Positions 48,685 through 58,245 of a DNA stretch of 64,000 nt are shown here, piece by piece. The position numbers and the translations under genes are program-made. The notes under the pieces were generated by a model. That model worked only from the letters and a program-made list of their open reading frames with translations. It searched no databases and was not told where the DNA came from. The stretch comes from Dehalococcoidia bacterium (GTDB lineage Bacteria > Chloroflexota > Dehalococcoidia > Bin125). The stretch spans positions 1,760,001-1,824,000 of the forward strand of contig CAXXSR010000001.1 in NCBI GenBank assembly GCA_963662615.2, in the 5' to 3' direction. Position 1 is the first letter of the stretch. Each line of letters begins with the position of its first letter.

Positions 48685-50430
48685 CTAGATCGCCGCTCTT
48701 CCGTGCCTCAGCAGCGCGCCGGGGGTGGCGCCGGTGCATTCGCCGTCCTCAAAGGTGATCTCGCCGTTCACCAAGGTCCAGCGATAGCCGTCGGCTCGCT
48801 GCACGAGCCTCCACTCGCCGGCAGGGACATCGTGAACGATCACGGAATCGTGCTCCGGCACGCATTTCAAGTTGTCGAAGTCGTAGACCACGATGTCCGC
48901 GGCCATGCCCTCGCGGAGATAGCCGCGGTCCTTGAACCCGCCCGCGTGGGCCGGCAGGCTACTCAGGCGATAGTGGGCCTCCTCCAGAGTGAGCTGCTGC
49001 GTCTCCCGCACCAGCCAGGCAATAGTGTCGGTCGTGTACGCGCCGCCAACGAGGAACTTGGTGTGGGCGCCGCCGTCGGAGACCCCCGGCATCGTGTAGG
49101 GCGAATCGCGCAGCAGCTCGCCGACCTTGTCGGGGTCGTTACTCGTCAAGTCAGATTCGGCCTGAAATTCGGCCGTGAGGTCGCTCCCCACGGCGATGTC
49201 CAGGACGACGTCCAGCGCGTCCTTGCCCTCATCCTTCGCGATCTCTTCCACCATGCGTCCCCGATACTTCTCCACTTCCGGGTAGTCGCCAACGGATCGA
49301 ACGGTCCACTTGGCAACCGGCCCGCCCAGCGCCTCGTACAGCAGGAGATGTTCCTCGGCCTTCATCTGCGCGCGCAGCTCCGGGTCCGCAAGCTTCTGCA
49401 TCTTTTCGGCATGCGTGCCCGTGGTCGCCCTTGCCCACGCGGGGCTGGTGTCGAAGAAATTCCAGTCTTCCAGGGTCAGGCGTACCCCCTGACGGTGGGT
49501 GAGGCCTTGACCGAAGAGAGGCAGGCCGCGGGCATTGCAGTCCGCCAGCCAGCGCATTTGATTGCGGTGGAACTCGGGGTTCGTGTCGAGGGCCACGATG
49601 ATGTTGTAGAGAATCGGCCGGCCGCTGACCCGGGCAAGCTCCTCCACGAAACGGTAGTCAGTGTTGCCATCAACGTCTGCGGAAAAGTCTCCGGTTTGTT
49701 GGGTGATCTGGATGAGCCCCTCATCACGCTCGCGCAGGACCTCACCCATTGCCAGCACGTCTTCGTCCGCCATCATGTCCGTGGGCATGGCAGTGCCGTC
49801 GTAGTCCGCCTGCTGTGAATTCTCGCCCAGCCGCTGGATGGACCAGCCGCAGGCGCCCACGTCCATGCCCTCCCCCAGCAGTCGCTGTATTTCGCGGCGC
49901 TCCTCGTCGGTCGCGGGCCTGCTCTTGGCTGCCTCAATGCCCATCACCCAGATCATGAGCGGAGAGAGCGGGACGTAGCTGAGGCAGTTGACGCCTTTGG
50001 GGATGCGCGCCAATGTATCCATCCACTCGGGGAAGGTGACCCAGTCCCAGAGCATCCCCGCCTGCATGGACTTGAGCGGAATCGCCTCGTTGCGCGACAT
50101 CATCAGCATGGCGCGCTCGCGCCCCTCCGGCCGTACCGGCGCGAAGCCGAAGCCGCAGTTCCCCATGGCCACCGAGGTCACCCCATGCCAGCCGGAGAGC
50201 GTGCACCACGGGTCCCACTGGATCTGGGCGTCGTAATGGGTATGGAGGTCCACGAAGCCCGGCGCCACAATCAACCCGCTCGCGTCCAGGACTTTGTCGG
50301 CGTCGCTGGTCCGGATCCCGCCGACCTGGGCAATGCGCCCGTCCTTAATCCCGATGTCGGCGCGGTAGCGGGGCACCCGGAGACCGTCGACCACCGTGCC
50401 GCCCTTGATCAGAATATCAAAGTCAGCCAT
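48685..50430 (-). CDS. N-acyl-D-amino-acid deacylase-like amidohydrolase
   Basis: APGFVDLHTHYDAQ, GNCGFG, SDGGAH, ADIVV and GATPG motifs. Confidence 0.93.
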   Translation of the reverse strand: MADFDILIKGGTVVDGLRVPRYRADIGIKDGRIAQVGGIRTSDADKVLDASGLIVAPGFVDLHTHYDAQIQWDPWCTLSGWHGVTSVAMGNCGFGFAPVRPEGRERAMLMMSRNEAIPLKSMQAGMLWDWVTFPEWMDTLARIPKGVNCLSYVPLSPLMIWVMGIEAAKSRPATDEERREIQRLLGEGMDVGACGWSIQRLGENSQQADYDGTAMPTDMMADEDVLAMGEVLRERDEGLIQITQQTGDFSADVDGNTDYRFVEELARVSGRPILYNIIVALDTNPEFHRNQMRWLADCNARGLPLFGQGLTHRQGVRLTLEDWNFFDTSPAWARATTGTHAEKMQKLADPELRAQMKAEEHLLLYEALGGPVAKWTVRSVGDYPEVEKYRGRMVEEIAKDEGKDALDVVLDIAVGSDLTAEFQAESDLTSNDPDKVGELLRDSPYTMPGVSDGGAHTKFLVGGAYTTDTIAWLVRETQQLTLEEAHYRLSSLPAHAGGFKDRGYLREGMAADIVVYDFDNLKCVPEHDSVIVHDVPAGEWRLVQRADGYRWTLVNGEITFEDGECTGATPGALLRHGRAAI

Positions 50431-50747
50431 TGGCTGTTCCCTTCGCTGCAATGACGTGGCCGGTGCTTAAAAACAGGCGAATGGACTTGCAAATGTCGTC
50501 GCTCAAGTTGATACCGCACGATGCCATGGGCCCTAGCAGCCACTGATAAGGTCACGGGCATCCCTGCAAGAGATATTCGAACGGATGCTGGCCGTTCCGG
50601 CAGGGGTTGTCAACCGCAGCGCCTCATACCGGTCCAGCGCCCGAGGGCTGCACAGGGCGCTGGCCGGTCGCGCGCGGCGAGATCATCGATGAGCGTGCCT
50701 TGCGGGCGGCGCCCGCTCGCCAGAGCCAGCCCGAGTGTCGGCGCCCC

Positions 50748-51941
50748 TCACGACCCCGTGCGCCCCTCCAGGAAGTCCAAGAGCAAGAAGGTCACGGCTG
50801 CGGGCTGTTCTTGCTGGACCCAATGCCCGGCCCCGTCGACCAGATGACAGCCCACCATCTGTGTGCAGGCCGTGCCTTGCATCCGCTCGTAGGCGCCGGG
50901 CCTCTGATAGATGCCCCAGTCGCTCCGGCCCGCAATGAAGCACGACGGCACCTCCACCGAGCGCCCGGCAAAGAGCTGCAGCTCGACGGCGAACGTGTTC
51001 TCCGCCACGGACCAGTCACTTCCTGCGCACCGGTACCACTGCAGCCCACCCTGAAACCCGGTCCGCGCGTACTCCTCGCTGTATACGCGCAGCTCCTCCT
51101 CGGAGAGCCACTGGCACGCGGCGATCTCGACGTCGGCAGGCATCTCCAACGCCACCGTCTCGGGCATGTCCTGATCGAGGTCCATCACGTAGTACGTTGG
51201 CAGCTTGGCCAGCTCGCCGGCGCTCCACGACTCCAGCGGATGCGGCCGGTTCTGTTTCCAGTCGGCGCTCTTGACGTGGAAGTACGCGCGCAGAAACGCG
51301 TGCACGCCTTGGCGGCAATGACGCATGTCGTCGTCCGCGTCCCGCGTTGCGTAATACGCCCGGTAGTGCTTGCGCGGACGCTCCAAGGCCGCCAGGTCAT
51401 CGTGAATGCTTCCGGCGGATGCCGGATCGGGCGGAGGGGCCCCTGGCCCCTGATTGGCGGTCGCGACTTCCAGCGGCGGTGGTCCCCCGAACGGCGCGCT
51501 CATCAACACCACCGAGCGGAAGATGTCCGGACGAATCAGCCCAGCGTACGCGGCCACGGGCGATCCAAAGTCGTGCCCGACCACTGCCGCAACCGAGCGA
51601 TAGCCAAGCGCCGCGACGAGCCCCATCGCATCCCGCACCAGGTTGAGCATGCGAAACGACCCCAGGTCACCATCGTAGTCGCCGTCCCATCCCGTCGTCC
51701 GCCCGTAGCCTCGCTGGTCGGGGGCGACCACGTGGTACCCGGCGTCGGCCAGCGGCCGCATCACCTTGCGCCAGCTGTAGGCAATCTCGGGGAACCCGTG
51801 GAGGAGCAGGACACACGGGCGATCCCCGGCTTCCCATCCCGCCTCGAGCAGGTGCATCGTCAGGCCGTTGTTCCCGGCAATGAACCGCGAGCGGATGCCG
51901 GGCGCCAGGGTGCCCGCGCCGTAGACAGCGGTCTCGTTCAC
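50748..51941 (-). CDS. Alpha/beta hydrolase, epoxide hydrolase-like
   Basis: HGFPE, PDQRGYG, GHDFG, LQWYR and AGHWVQQE motifs. Confidence 0.92.
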   Translation of the reverse strand: MNETAVYGAGTLAPGIRSRFIAGNNGLTMHLLEAGWEAGDRPCVLLLHGFPEIAYSWRKVMRPLADAGYHVVAPDQRGYGRTTGWDGDYDGDLGSFRMLNLVRDAMGLVAALGYRSVAAVVGHDFGSPVAAYAGLIRPDIFRSVVLMSAPFGGPPPLEVATANQGPGAPPPDPASAGSIHDDLAALERPRKHYRAYYATRDADDDMRHCRQGVHAFLRAYFHVKSADWKQNRPHPLESWSAGELAKLPTYYVMDLDQDMPETVALEMPADVEIAACQWLSEEELRVYSEEYARTGFQGGLQWYRCAGSDWSVAENTFAVELQLFAGRSVEVPSCFIAGRSDWGIYQRPGAYERMQGTACTQMVGCHLVDGAGHWVQQEQPAAVTFLLLDFLEGRTGS

Positions 51942-52078
51942 ACGTCAACTCCCCTGCATCGCCGTCTAGCGAGTGCGCCTGCCTCAATCTGGGCGCATCA
52001 CGCCTACGACCCTCGGGTGGTCAGGCGCCCACGGGCGGAGTCTAGCGCGCGAGGCGGGGCTTCGACGAGGGGAGGCCC

Positions 52079-52129
52079 GCGCCCCGAGTAGAAGACCTGG
52101 GGACTCAGTTCCCGCAGGCCCTACGTGAG
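52079..52129. repeat. Direct repeat copy 1 (~51 bp), containing the stop codon of ORF 52121-52384
   Basis: 43/51 identical by manual alignment to 52661-52711. Confidence 0.8.
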
Positions 52130-52384
52130 CAGGCGCCGCCACCAGGTCCGCCGGCGAACCGACACTGATGCGTCAAGGAAGACGGGCAGCGTGTGCTCCG
52201 ACGCCCCATGCCGGAACGCCACACTGAGGAACCGGATTCCGTTGCCATCGCGAAGGTAATGGGCGTGTGCCATCGTGAACTGAGTCGTGTCACCGGCGGA
52301 CACGTCCCGAGCGAGGCAAGCCCAGGCACGTTGCCAAGCCTCACTCTCCGCCTCAATTTCGACCGCTTCCTGGATTTCATTCAT
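52121..52384 (-). CDS. Hypothetical 87-aa protein
   Basis: Only plausible ORF in the interval; acidic N-terminus and basic RRRTWWRR C-terminus. Confidence 0.55.
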   Translation of the reverse strand: MNEIQEAVEIEAESEAWQRAWACLARDVSAGDTTQFTMAHAHYLRDGNGIRFLSVAFRHGASEHTLPVFLDASVSVRRRTWWRRLLT

Positions 52385-52660
52385 AGCCTGGCGCTCTCTG
52401 CCATGCCCAGCCCGAGGTCCAACCTTTCCCTAGTAGACCAGCCGCACGCACGGACGTGACGCCTACGAGGCCACGATTCAGTCCGGCCCGCGCGGCTCCT
52501 CGCAGGTGGGAACGCTGCCGGTTAATCCCCTGCGTCCCCAACAGCGGCTCGAGTGCCGCCCGCCACGGTTCGCCTCATCCCCACCGCTAGCCGGGGTCGG
52601 ATGCGGTTCTGGACCCCTTCAGGACAGCACGCCGGCAAGGCTTCCAAGTTGCGACTCAAA

Positions 52661-52711
52661 GCGCCCCCAGCAGAAGATCTGGGGACTGAGTTCTGGCAGC
52701 ACCTACGTGAG
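52661..52711. repeat. Direct repeat copy 2 (~51 bp), containing the stop codon of the FAD oxidoreductase
   Basis: 43/51 identical to 52079-52129. Confidence 0.8.
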
Positions 52712-54103
52712 TTGATGCGTCTTGATCGGCGCGCCAATTCCCTGCAGCAGCTCCTGCACGTGGCCCACGTCCACGTCCCGCACAGTGCGCTCGCTGCGGA
52801 TGGCCAGGGCCGCGGCCATCCCCACCGCCTGACCACCGGCCATGCAGGCGGGCATGTTGCGCGTGCGGCCATGGGCGATGTGATCGACCGAAATGCAGCG
52901 TCCGGCGACAAGAAGCTGCTCGATCTCCATCGGCACGAAGCAGCGGTAGGGGATCTCGTAGGGGCGGAGCGCCTGGAAGTCCACGTCGGCGCCCTTCACG
53001 TCATGGATGTCGTGTGCCGACTGATCGGCCATGACCGAATCCTCGAATTGCGCCCCGTGGGTGACGTCGTGTCCGCTGAGCACATATCCGCCCAGGATAT
53101 GGCGCGTCTCGCGAACCCCGAGTACCGGCGCGATCGGTCCCAGCCGGCTCTTCTCGAATCCGGGAATGTCCTCTTTGAGGAATTGCGCGTAGGACGCGAT
53201 CTGCCGGTAACACTCGACGATGGAGTCACTGATATCGAGGGGGGAGAGACCGGAAGCACCCAACACGCGGGTGGCGTTGACGTACAGCTCCCCGTTGGTG
53301 GTCTTTAGCGTGATGTTCTCCCGGTACAGCTTGATCCCGGTGCGCTGCTGAAACTCGCGCACCAGCGGGCCAAACCCGGTGAGCCAGAGTCCGTACGCCA
53401 ACTCCTCCTCGTTCTCCGGGATGGCCCGGTCTGGGACGATCTCCGGGTGCTCCCCCGCCCATTGCGCCAGCCGTTTGAGGTCCACGTCCCGCAGGATGAA
53501 GTACAGGGTGACCGGCTGCGTGGCGGGCTCCTCATCTCCTGTCCCCACGACGAACGGCGCGCCGGCCTTGGCGGCCACATCCCCGTCGGCGGAGCAATCA
53601 ATTACCACCCGACTGCGAATGTACTGCCGCCCGCCCTTGCTTTCGATGATCACGCCCCGGACCGTGTTTCCCTCCATCACCGGCCGCGACACGAACGCCT
53701 CGAAGACCAATTGCACCCCCGCTTCCCGGCACATGGTCACCAACAGGATCTTCATCATTTCGGGATCGGCCGGAGATGCGATGCGGATTTCGCCCTCCTT
53801 GAGCCGGGCCACGTAATCCTTGCCTGCCGCGCCGACCGAGCGGGCACGGTCCCAGATCTCCAGCGGCAGGCCGCCCGCCAACGCCCCCGACGGTTTGGTG
53901 TTCAAGCCCAGCGTGAGGTTGCCGCCCAACGCGCCGAAGCGCTCCACGATGGCGACGGAGGCACCCTGCCGAGCAGCGTTGATCGCCGCCAAGGGGCCGG
54001 TCGTGCCACCCCCCACAACGACGATATCGACGTTGAGCAAGAGCGGCACTTCTTGGGCGGGTTCGAGAATCTTTTCGCCGGTCATCGGATTCATCGTCTC
54101 CAC
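52703..54103 (-). CDS. FAD-dependent oxidoreductase (FAD_oxidored family)
   Basis: VVGGGTTG, IDCSADGD, GVRETR, YEIPYRC and VAGRCIS motifs. Confidence 0.92.
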   Translation of the reverse strand: METMNPMTGEKILEPAQEVPLLLNVDIVVVGGGTTGPLAAINAARQGASVAIVERFGALGGNLTLGLNTKPSGALAGGLPLEIWDRARSVGAAGKDYVARLKEGEIRIASPADPEMMKILLVTMCREAGVQLVFEAFVSRPVMEGNTVRGVIIESKGGRQYIRSRVVIDCSADGDVAAKAGAPFVVGTGDEEPATQPVTLYFILRDVDLKRLAQWAGEHPEIVPDRAIPENEEELAYGLWLTGFGPLVREFQQRTGIKLYRENITLKTTNGELYVNATRVLGASGLSPLDISDSIVECYRQIASYAQFLKEDIPGFEKSRLGPIAPVLGVRETRHILGGYVLSGHDVTHGAQFEDSVMADQSAHDIHDVKGADVDFQALRPYEIPYRCFVPMEIEQLLVAGRCISVDHIAHGRTRNMPACMAGGQAVGMAAALAIRSERTVRDVDVGHVQELLQGIGAPIKTHQLT

Positions 54104-54466
54104 AAGCCTTCGCTACTTGGGCGTGGGGATCGCTCTGCGGGCCAGCCTATCCTAATCACGAGTTCACCCGTTCGACAGGACCCGGGGACGAGGACGAGCC
54201 TAGCGCCAAAGAGGTCGGCCGGTACTGCCGCGCGGCGCCATCGAGCAGTGTCGCGCTCTTTCTGCTCGCCGCGGGGCCGCGGACGAGGGCCAGTCCAGCC
54301 ATGCGGGGAGCGGCCCAAACGCGCAGCGCCCCTACCTCGACCGATGAAGAGCCGTCGCTGCTGGCGGATTCGGGATCGGACCCTATGTTGGATGGGCCAA
54401 CCAGAAGGAGGGGCCGATGCCGCCGTATGCGACCTTCCACGGGGACAAGATAAAGAGGTGATCGAT

Positions 54467-55435
54467 ATGGACTCCATACCCCAGCGCGCCTCTGTGATTG
54501 GCGCCGGCACCATGGGCCCTGGCATTGCCCAGTGTCTGGCCGATCGCGGTATCCGAGTCAAGCTGTACGGGCTCGACGATGATGAACTTGATCGGGCAAT
54601 GCAGCGGATCGCCGCCAATCACCAGCTCCTCATGGAGATGGGGCTGCTCGAGCCCGCGGCCGCGCGGCAGGCCGAAGCGTTGGTTGAGAGGACGACCTCG
54701 CTCGAGCACGCAGCCGGCGATGTCGATTTGCTTTTCGAGGCCGCACCGGAAAATCTTGAGCTGAAATGCGGCTTGTTGGAGCAGCTTGGCCGCCTCTGCC
54801 CGCCTTCCACGGTCTTGGCGACGAACACATCCGGCCTCTCCATCACCACACTGGGCGACGCCAGCGGCCGGCCGCAACATTTGGCCGGTTGCCACTGGGT
54901 GAATCCGCCGCAGCTCGTGCCGCTCGTCGAAGTGATTAGTGGCCGGCAGACGGCCCCGGCGGTGATCGAGATGCTGATGGGGCTGATGCGATTCCTGGGC
55001 AAACGACCGATCCACGTCAGACAAGACGTGCCCGGCTTCGTTCTCAATCGCTTGCAGTTCGCCTTGTTGCGCGAGGCGCTGCATCTAGTGGAGAACGGCA
55101 TCGCCAGCGCCGCGGAGGTGGATCAAGCGATGACCGCGGGTCTGGGAATGCGTTACGCCGTCGCTGGTCCCCTCCGCACGGCCGACCTTGGCGGACTCGA
55201 CCTATTCACCACGATCGCCTCCTACCTTTGGCCGCAATTGAGTAACGCCGACGCGCCATCGACGGCCCTGACGCAGCACGTCGATCACGGGGATCTCGGG
55301 GCGAAGACCGGGCGAGGCTTTTATGAGTACGACCAGCACACGACGGCCCAACTGACTCGCGAGCGTGACCACTTCCTCCTGCGCTTGGGCGCGCTCAAGC
55401 AGGAGCTATCGGGAAACTTAGAGGCGTCCGTCTGA
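54467..55435 (+). CDS. 3-hydroxyacyl-CoA dehydrogenase family protein
   Basis: GAGTMG, EAAPENLELK, TNTSGL, HWVNPP, PGFVLNRLQ and LGAKTGRGFY; true start ATG 54467 after GAGGTG. Confidence 0.93.
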   Translation: MDSIPQRASVIGAGTMGPGIAQCLADRGIRVKLYGLDDDELDRAMQRIAANHQLLMEMGLLEPAAARQAEALVERTTSLEHAAGDVDLLFEAAPENLELKCGLLEQLGRLCPPSTVLATNTSGLSITTLGDASGRPQHLAGCHWVNPPQLVPLVEVISGRQTAPAVIEMLMGLMRFLGKRPIHVRQDVPGFVLNRLQFALLREALHLVENGIASAAEVDQAMTAGLGMRYAVAGPLRTADLGGLDLFTTIASYLWPQLSNADAPSTALTQHVDHGDLGAKTGRGFYEYDQHTTAQLTRERDHFLLRLGALKQELSGNLEASV

Positions 55436-55487
55436 GCCCTGAAGCAGCGCCGGCCACGCTCGCGGATCGCCGGCAGCGGTCCGGAGG

Positions 55488-57284
55488 TTAACTCAGGTGA
55501 TGCACTTCACCCATGCCGTAGACCGGCGTCGGGATGCCTTCGTAGCGGGCCTTAAGCTGGAGTGAGAGGAACTGTGAATAGTGGCGCGACTGGTGGAGGT
55601 TGCCGCCGTGGAACCACAGTCCCTCCTGCTTGGTGGGTTTCCACATGTTGCGCTCCTCGCCCTCCCACGGTCCCGGGTCCTTCGTGGTGTCCGACCCCAG
55701 ACCCCACACCTTGCCGACCTTGTCGGCGACGTCCTGGGAGATGATCTTGGCGGCCCATCCGTTCATCGACCCGTAACCGGTGGCGAGCACGATCAGGTCG
55801 GCGGGCAGCTCCTTGCCGTTGCTGAGCGTGACCGAGTGCTCGTCGATGCGCTCAATATTGGTGCCGCTTTCGAGCTTCACCTTGCCGTCGATGATGAGCT
55901 GCGACGCCCCCACGTCGATGTAGTACCCCAAGCCGCGTCGCAGGTACTTCATGAAGAGCCCCGAGCCATCCTCGCCGAAGTCGAGAAGGAACCCGGCCTC
56001 TTCCAGCGCCCGGTAGAAGTCGGCGTCCCGGCGAGCCATCTCCTCGTAGATTGGGGTCTGGAACGTGGGCATGATGCGGTAGGGGATGCTGGCGAAGATC
56101 ATGTCCGCGGTGTTGGTAGTGACACCGTTGGCCACGGCCCGTTCCGAGTAGAGATCGGCGAGCGCCAGCTCCATCAGCGTCGCCGAGCGGGCCACGTGGG
56201 TGGATGAGCGCTGGATCATGGTGACGTCGGCGCCGTGCTCCCACAGCGCGGCGCAGATGTCGTGGGCGGAGTTGGTCGACCCCAGCACCACGCAGCGCTT
56301 GCCCGCGTACTGCGCGCTGTCACGGTGCCGGCTCGAGTGGTGGATGTCGCCCTGGAAGCTGTCGGCGCCGGGGATGTTGGGAACGCTGGGCATGCCGGAC
56401 ATGCCCGTCGCCAGCACCAACTGCCTCGGCCGCAACACCACCGGCTCGCCCTCCCGGTCGACGCTGATCGTCCATTCGCCGGCGCCCTCGTCGTAGCTCG
56501 CGCTGGTCGCCTCACTGTTCGTCCAGTAGTTCAGCTCCATGATCTTGGTGTACGACTCCAGCCAGTCGCCAATCTTGTCCTTCGGCGCGAACACCGGCGA
56601 GTGATCGGGGAACGGCAGGTACGGGAGGTGGTCGTACCAGACCGGGTCGTGCAGGCAGAGCGACTTGTAGCGCTTGCGCCAGGAGTCGCCTGGTCGCTCG
56701 TTCCTCTCCAGGATGATCGTCGGCACCTGCAGCCGGCGCAGCCGCGCCCCCAGCGCGATGCCACCCTGCCCGCCGCCGATGATCACAACGTACGGCTGGG
56801 TCTCGTAGCCGAGCGTCGCCCGTTCCTCCTCGAGCCGTTCCAGCCAGCTCTTGCGTCCCGGTACCACGCCGTGCTCAACGCCCAGGGCACGATCCTCACC
56901 GCTAAGCTCCTCGTGACCCTTCAGCTCATCCATCGTCGTGAGCATCGTCCAGCACCACTCGCCCTGGAGCCTGATGTGGCCGCGGCCGCGGGATGCCCCG
57001 GTCTCGAACCTGAACCAGGCGTCCGTCACGCCATCCGCTTCGGTCGCCTCGCCGTCGATCCGCCAGTTCGACGCTCGGGTGTCGTCGCTGCGGGCCTCAA
57101 GCATCGCCCGGATCGCCTCGCGCCCCTCGCTCGTCGTGATGTTCCAGGTAAACGAGACCAGGTCGCGCCAGTAGCTGTCCTCCTCGAACATCTCGGCGCC
57201 GCCGGAGAAGTTCCTGGCCTCGAGCGCTGCCCCGAAGTCGGAGAGCCAAGCAGTAACCCGATCGGTCGCTGCGTCCATATACAT
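55488..57284 (-). CDS. Type II flavin-containing monooxygenase with N-terminal SnoaL-like extension
   Basis: YWRDL, GGGQGG, WRKRYKSLCLHDP, FQGDIHHSSRH fingerprint and two LATG motifs. Confidence 0.92.
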   Translation of the reverse strand: MYMDAATDRVTAWLSDFGAALEARNFSGGAEMFEEDSYWRDLVSFTWNITTSEGREAIRAMLEARSDDTRASNWRIDGEATEADGVTDAWFRFETGASRGRGHIRLQGEWCWTMLTTMDELKGHEELSGEDRALGVEHGVVPGRKSWLERLEEERATLGYETQPYVVIIGGGQGGIALGARLRRLQVPTIILERNERPGDSWRKRYKSLCLHDPVWYDHLPYLPFPDHSPVFAPKDKIGDWLESYTKIMELNYWTNSEATSASYDEGAGEWTISVDREGEPVVLRPRQLVLATGMSGMPSVPNIPGADSFQGDIHHSSRHRDSAQYAGKRCVVLGSTNSAHDICAALWEHGADVTMIQRSSTHVARSATLMELALADLYSERAVANGVTTNTADMIFASIPYRIMPTFQTPIYEEMARRDADFYRALEEAGFLLDFGEDGSGLFMKYLRRGLGYYIDVGASQLIIDGKVKLESGTNIERIDEHSVTLSNGKELPADLIVLATGYGSMNGWAAKIISQDVADKVGKVWGLGSDTTKDPGPWEGEERNMWKPTKQEGLWFHGGNLHQSRHYSQFLSLQLKARYEGIPTPVYGMGEVHHLS

Positions 57285-57438
57285 TTCCCCTACGCGTCGC
57301 GGTGGCGTCGGCGCCTGCTTTGTCGCCTGAGCAATGCTACGCCTCCAGCGGCTTCGGCCCCTCCGCGTACCGCGCCGATTTGAGGCACGGGCCTCGGTGG
57401 ACGACACTCCCTCCACGGCAAGACGGAAGGAGCCTCGC

Positions 57439-58245
57439 GTGGCGGCAAACAGACTGGACGGCAAGGTCGCGATCATTACCGGGGGGAGCAGCGGCATCGG
57501 CGCCAGCACCGCGCATACGTTTGCGCGGGAAGGGGCGAAAGTCGTGCTCATGGCGCGCAGAGAAGCGCAGGGCCGCTCCGTCGAACAGGCCATCCGCGAC
57601 GCCGGTGGGGAAGCCACCTTCATCGCCTGCGACGTCGCCGACGATCAATCCGTGGCCGCTGCCGTCGGCCAAGCGGCCAACACGTACGACGGCGTCCACC
57701 TCCTCTTCAACAACGCCGGCGGCGGCGCCCGCAGCCGCTTCCCGGACGAGTCCAACGAGGAGTGGGACCGCGTCATCACCGTGAACCTGACCGGGACGTT
57801 CTACGTCAGTCGAGCCGTCTGGCCGCACCTGATCGACGCCGGGGGCGGCGCCGTCGTCAACATGTCCTCGCTCGCCGCGCAGCGCGGCTTCAGCCCCCGC
57901 ATGCTCGAGGAATTCGGCACTCCCTCGGCGTCCTACTACGCGGCCAAAGCGGGCGTCGATGCCTTGACCCGCTACATGGCCGGGGTCGGGGGCAAACACA
58001 ACATCCGCGTCAACTGCGTGCGGCCCGGGCAGATCCTCACGCCGGGCGCGACGGGCGGCACCACCAGCGATCCCGACGGCGGTCACCACGTCTTCGAGAA
58101 GCTGTTCAACTTCGCCCAAATTCTGCCGGGACCGGGCCTGCCGCAAGACGTCGCCAACCTGGTGCTGTTTCTCGCCAGCGACGAGTCGCGCTTCATCAGC
58201 GGCGAAATCATCAACGTCGACGGCGGCGTCGCCGCCAAAATCTAG
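57439..58245 (+). CDS. Short-chain dehydrogenase/reductase
   Basis: TGGSSGIG, NNAG, YYAAK and NVDGG motifs; AAGGAG then GTG 57439. Confidence 0.93.
   Translation: MAANRLDGKVAIITGGSSGIGASTAHTFAREGAKVVLMARREAQGRSVEQAIRDAGGEATFIACDVADDQSVAAAVGQAANTYDGVHLLFNNAGGGARSRFPDESNEEWDRVITVNLTGTFYVSRAVWPHLIDAGGGAVVNMSSLAAQRGFSPRMLEEFGTPSASYYAAKAGVDALTRYMAGVGGKHNIRVNCVRPGQILTPGATGGTTSDPDGGHHVFEKLFNFAQILPGPGLPQDVANLVLFLASDESRFISGEIINVDGGVAAKI

Noticed and set aside
53447-54466. Apparent 662-aa fusion ORF ending in 3-hydroxyacyl-CoA dehydrogenase
   Set aside because: The N-terminal half is the antisense shadow of the FAD oxidoreductase; the real start is ATG 54467.
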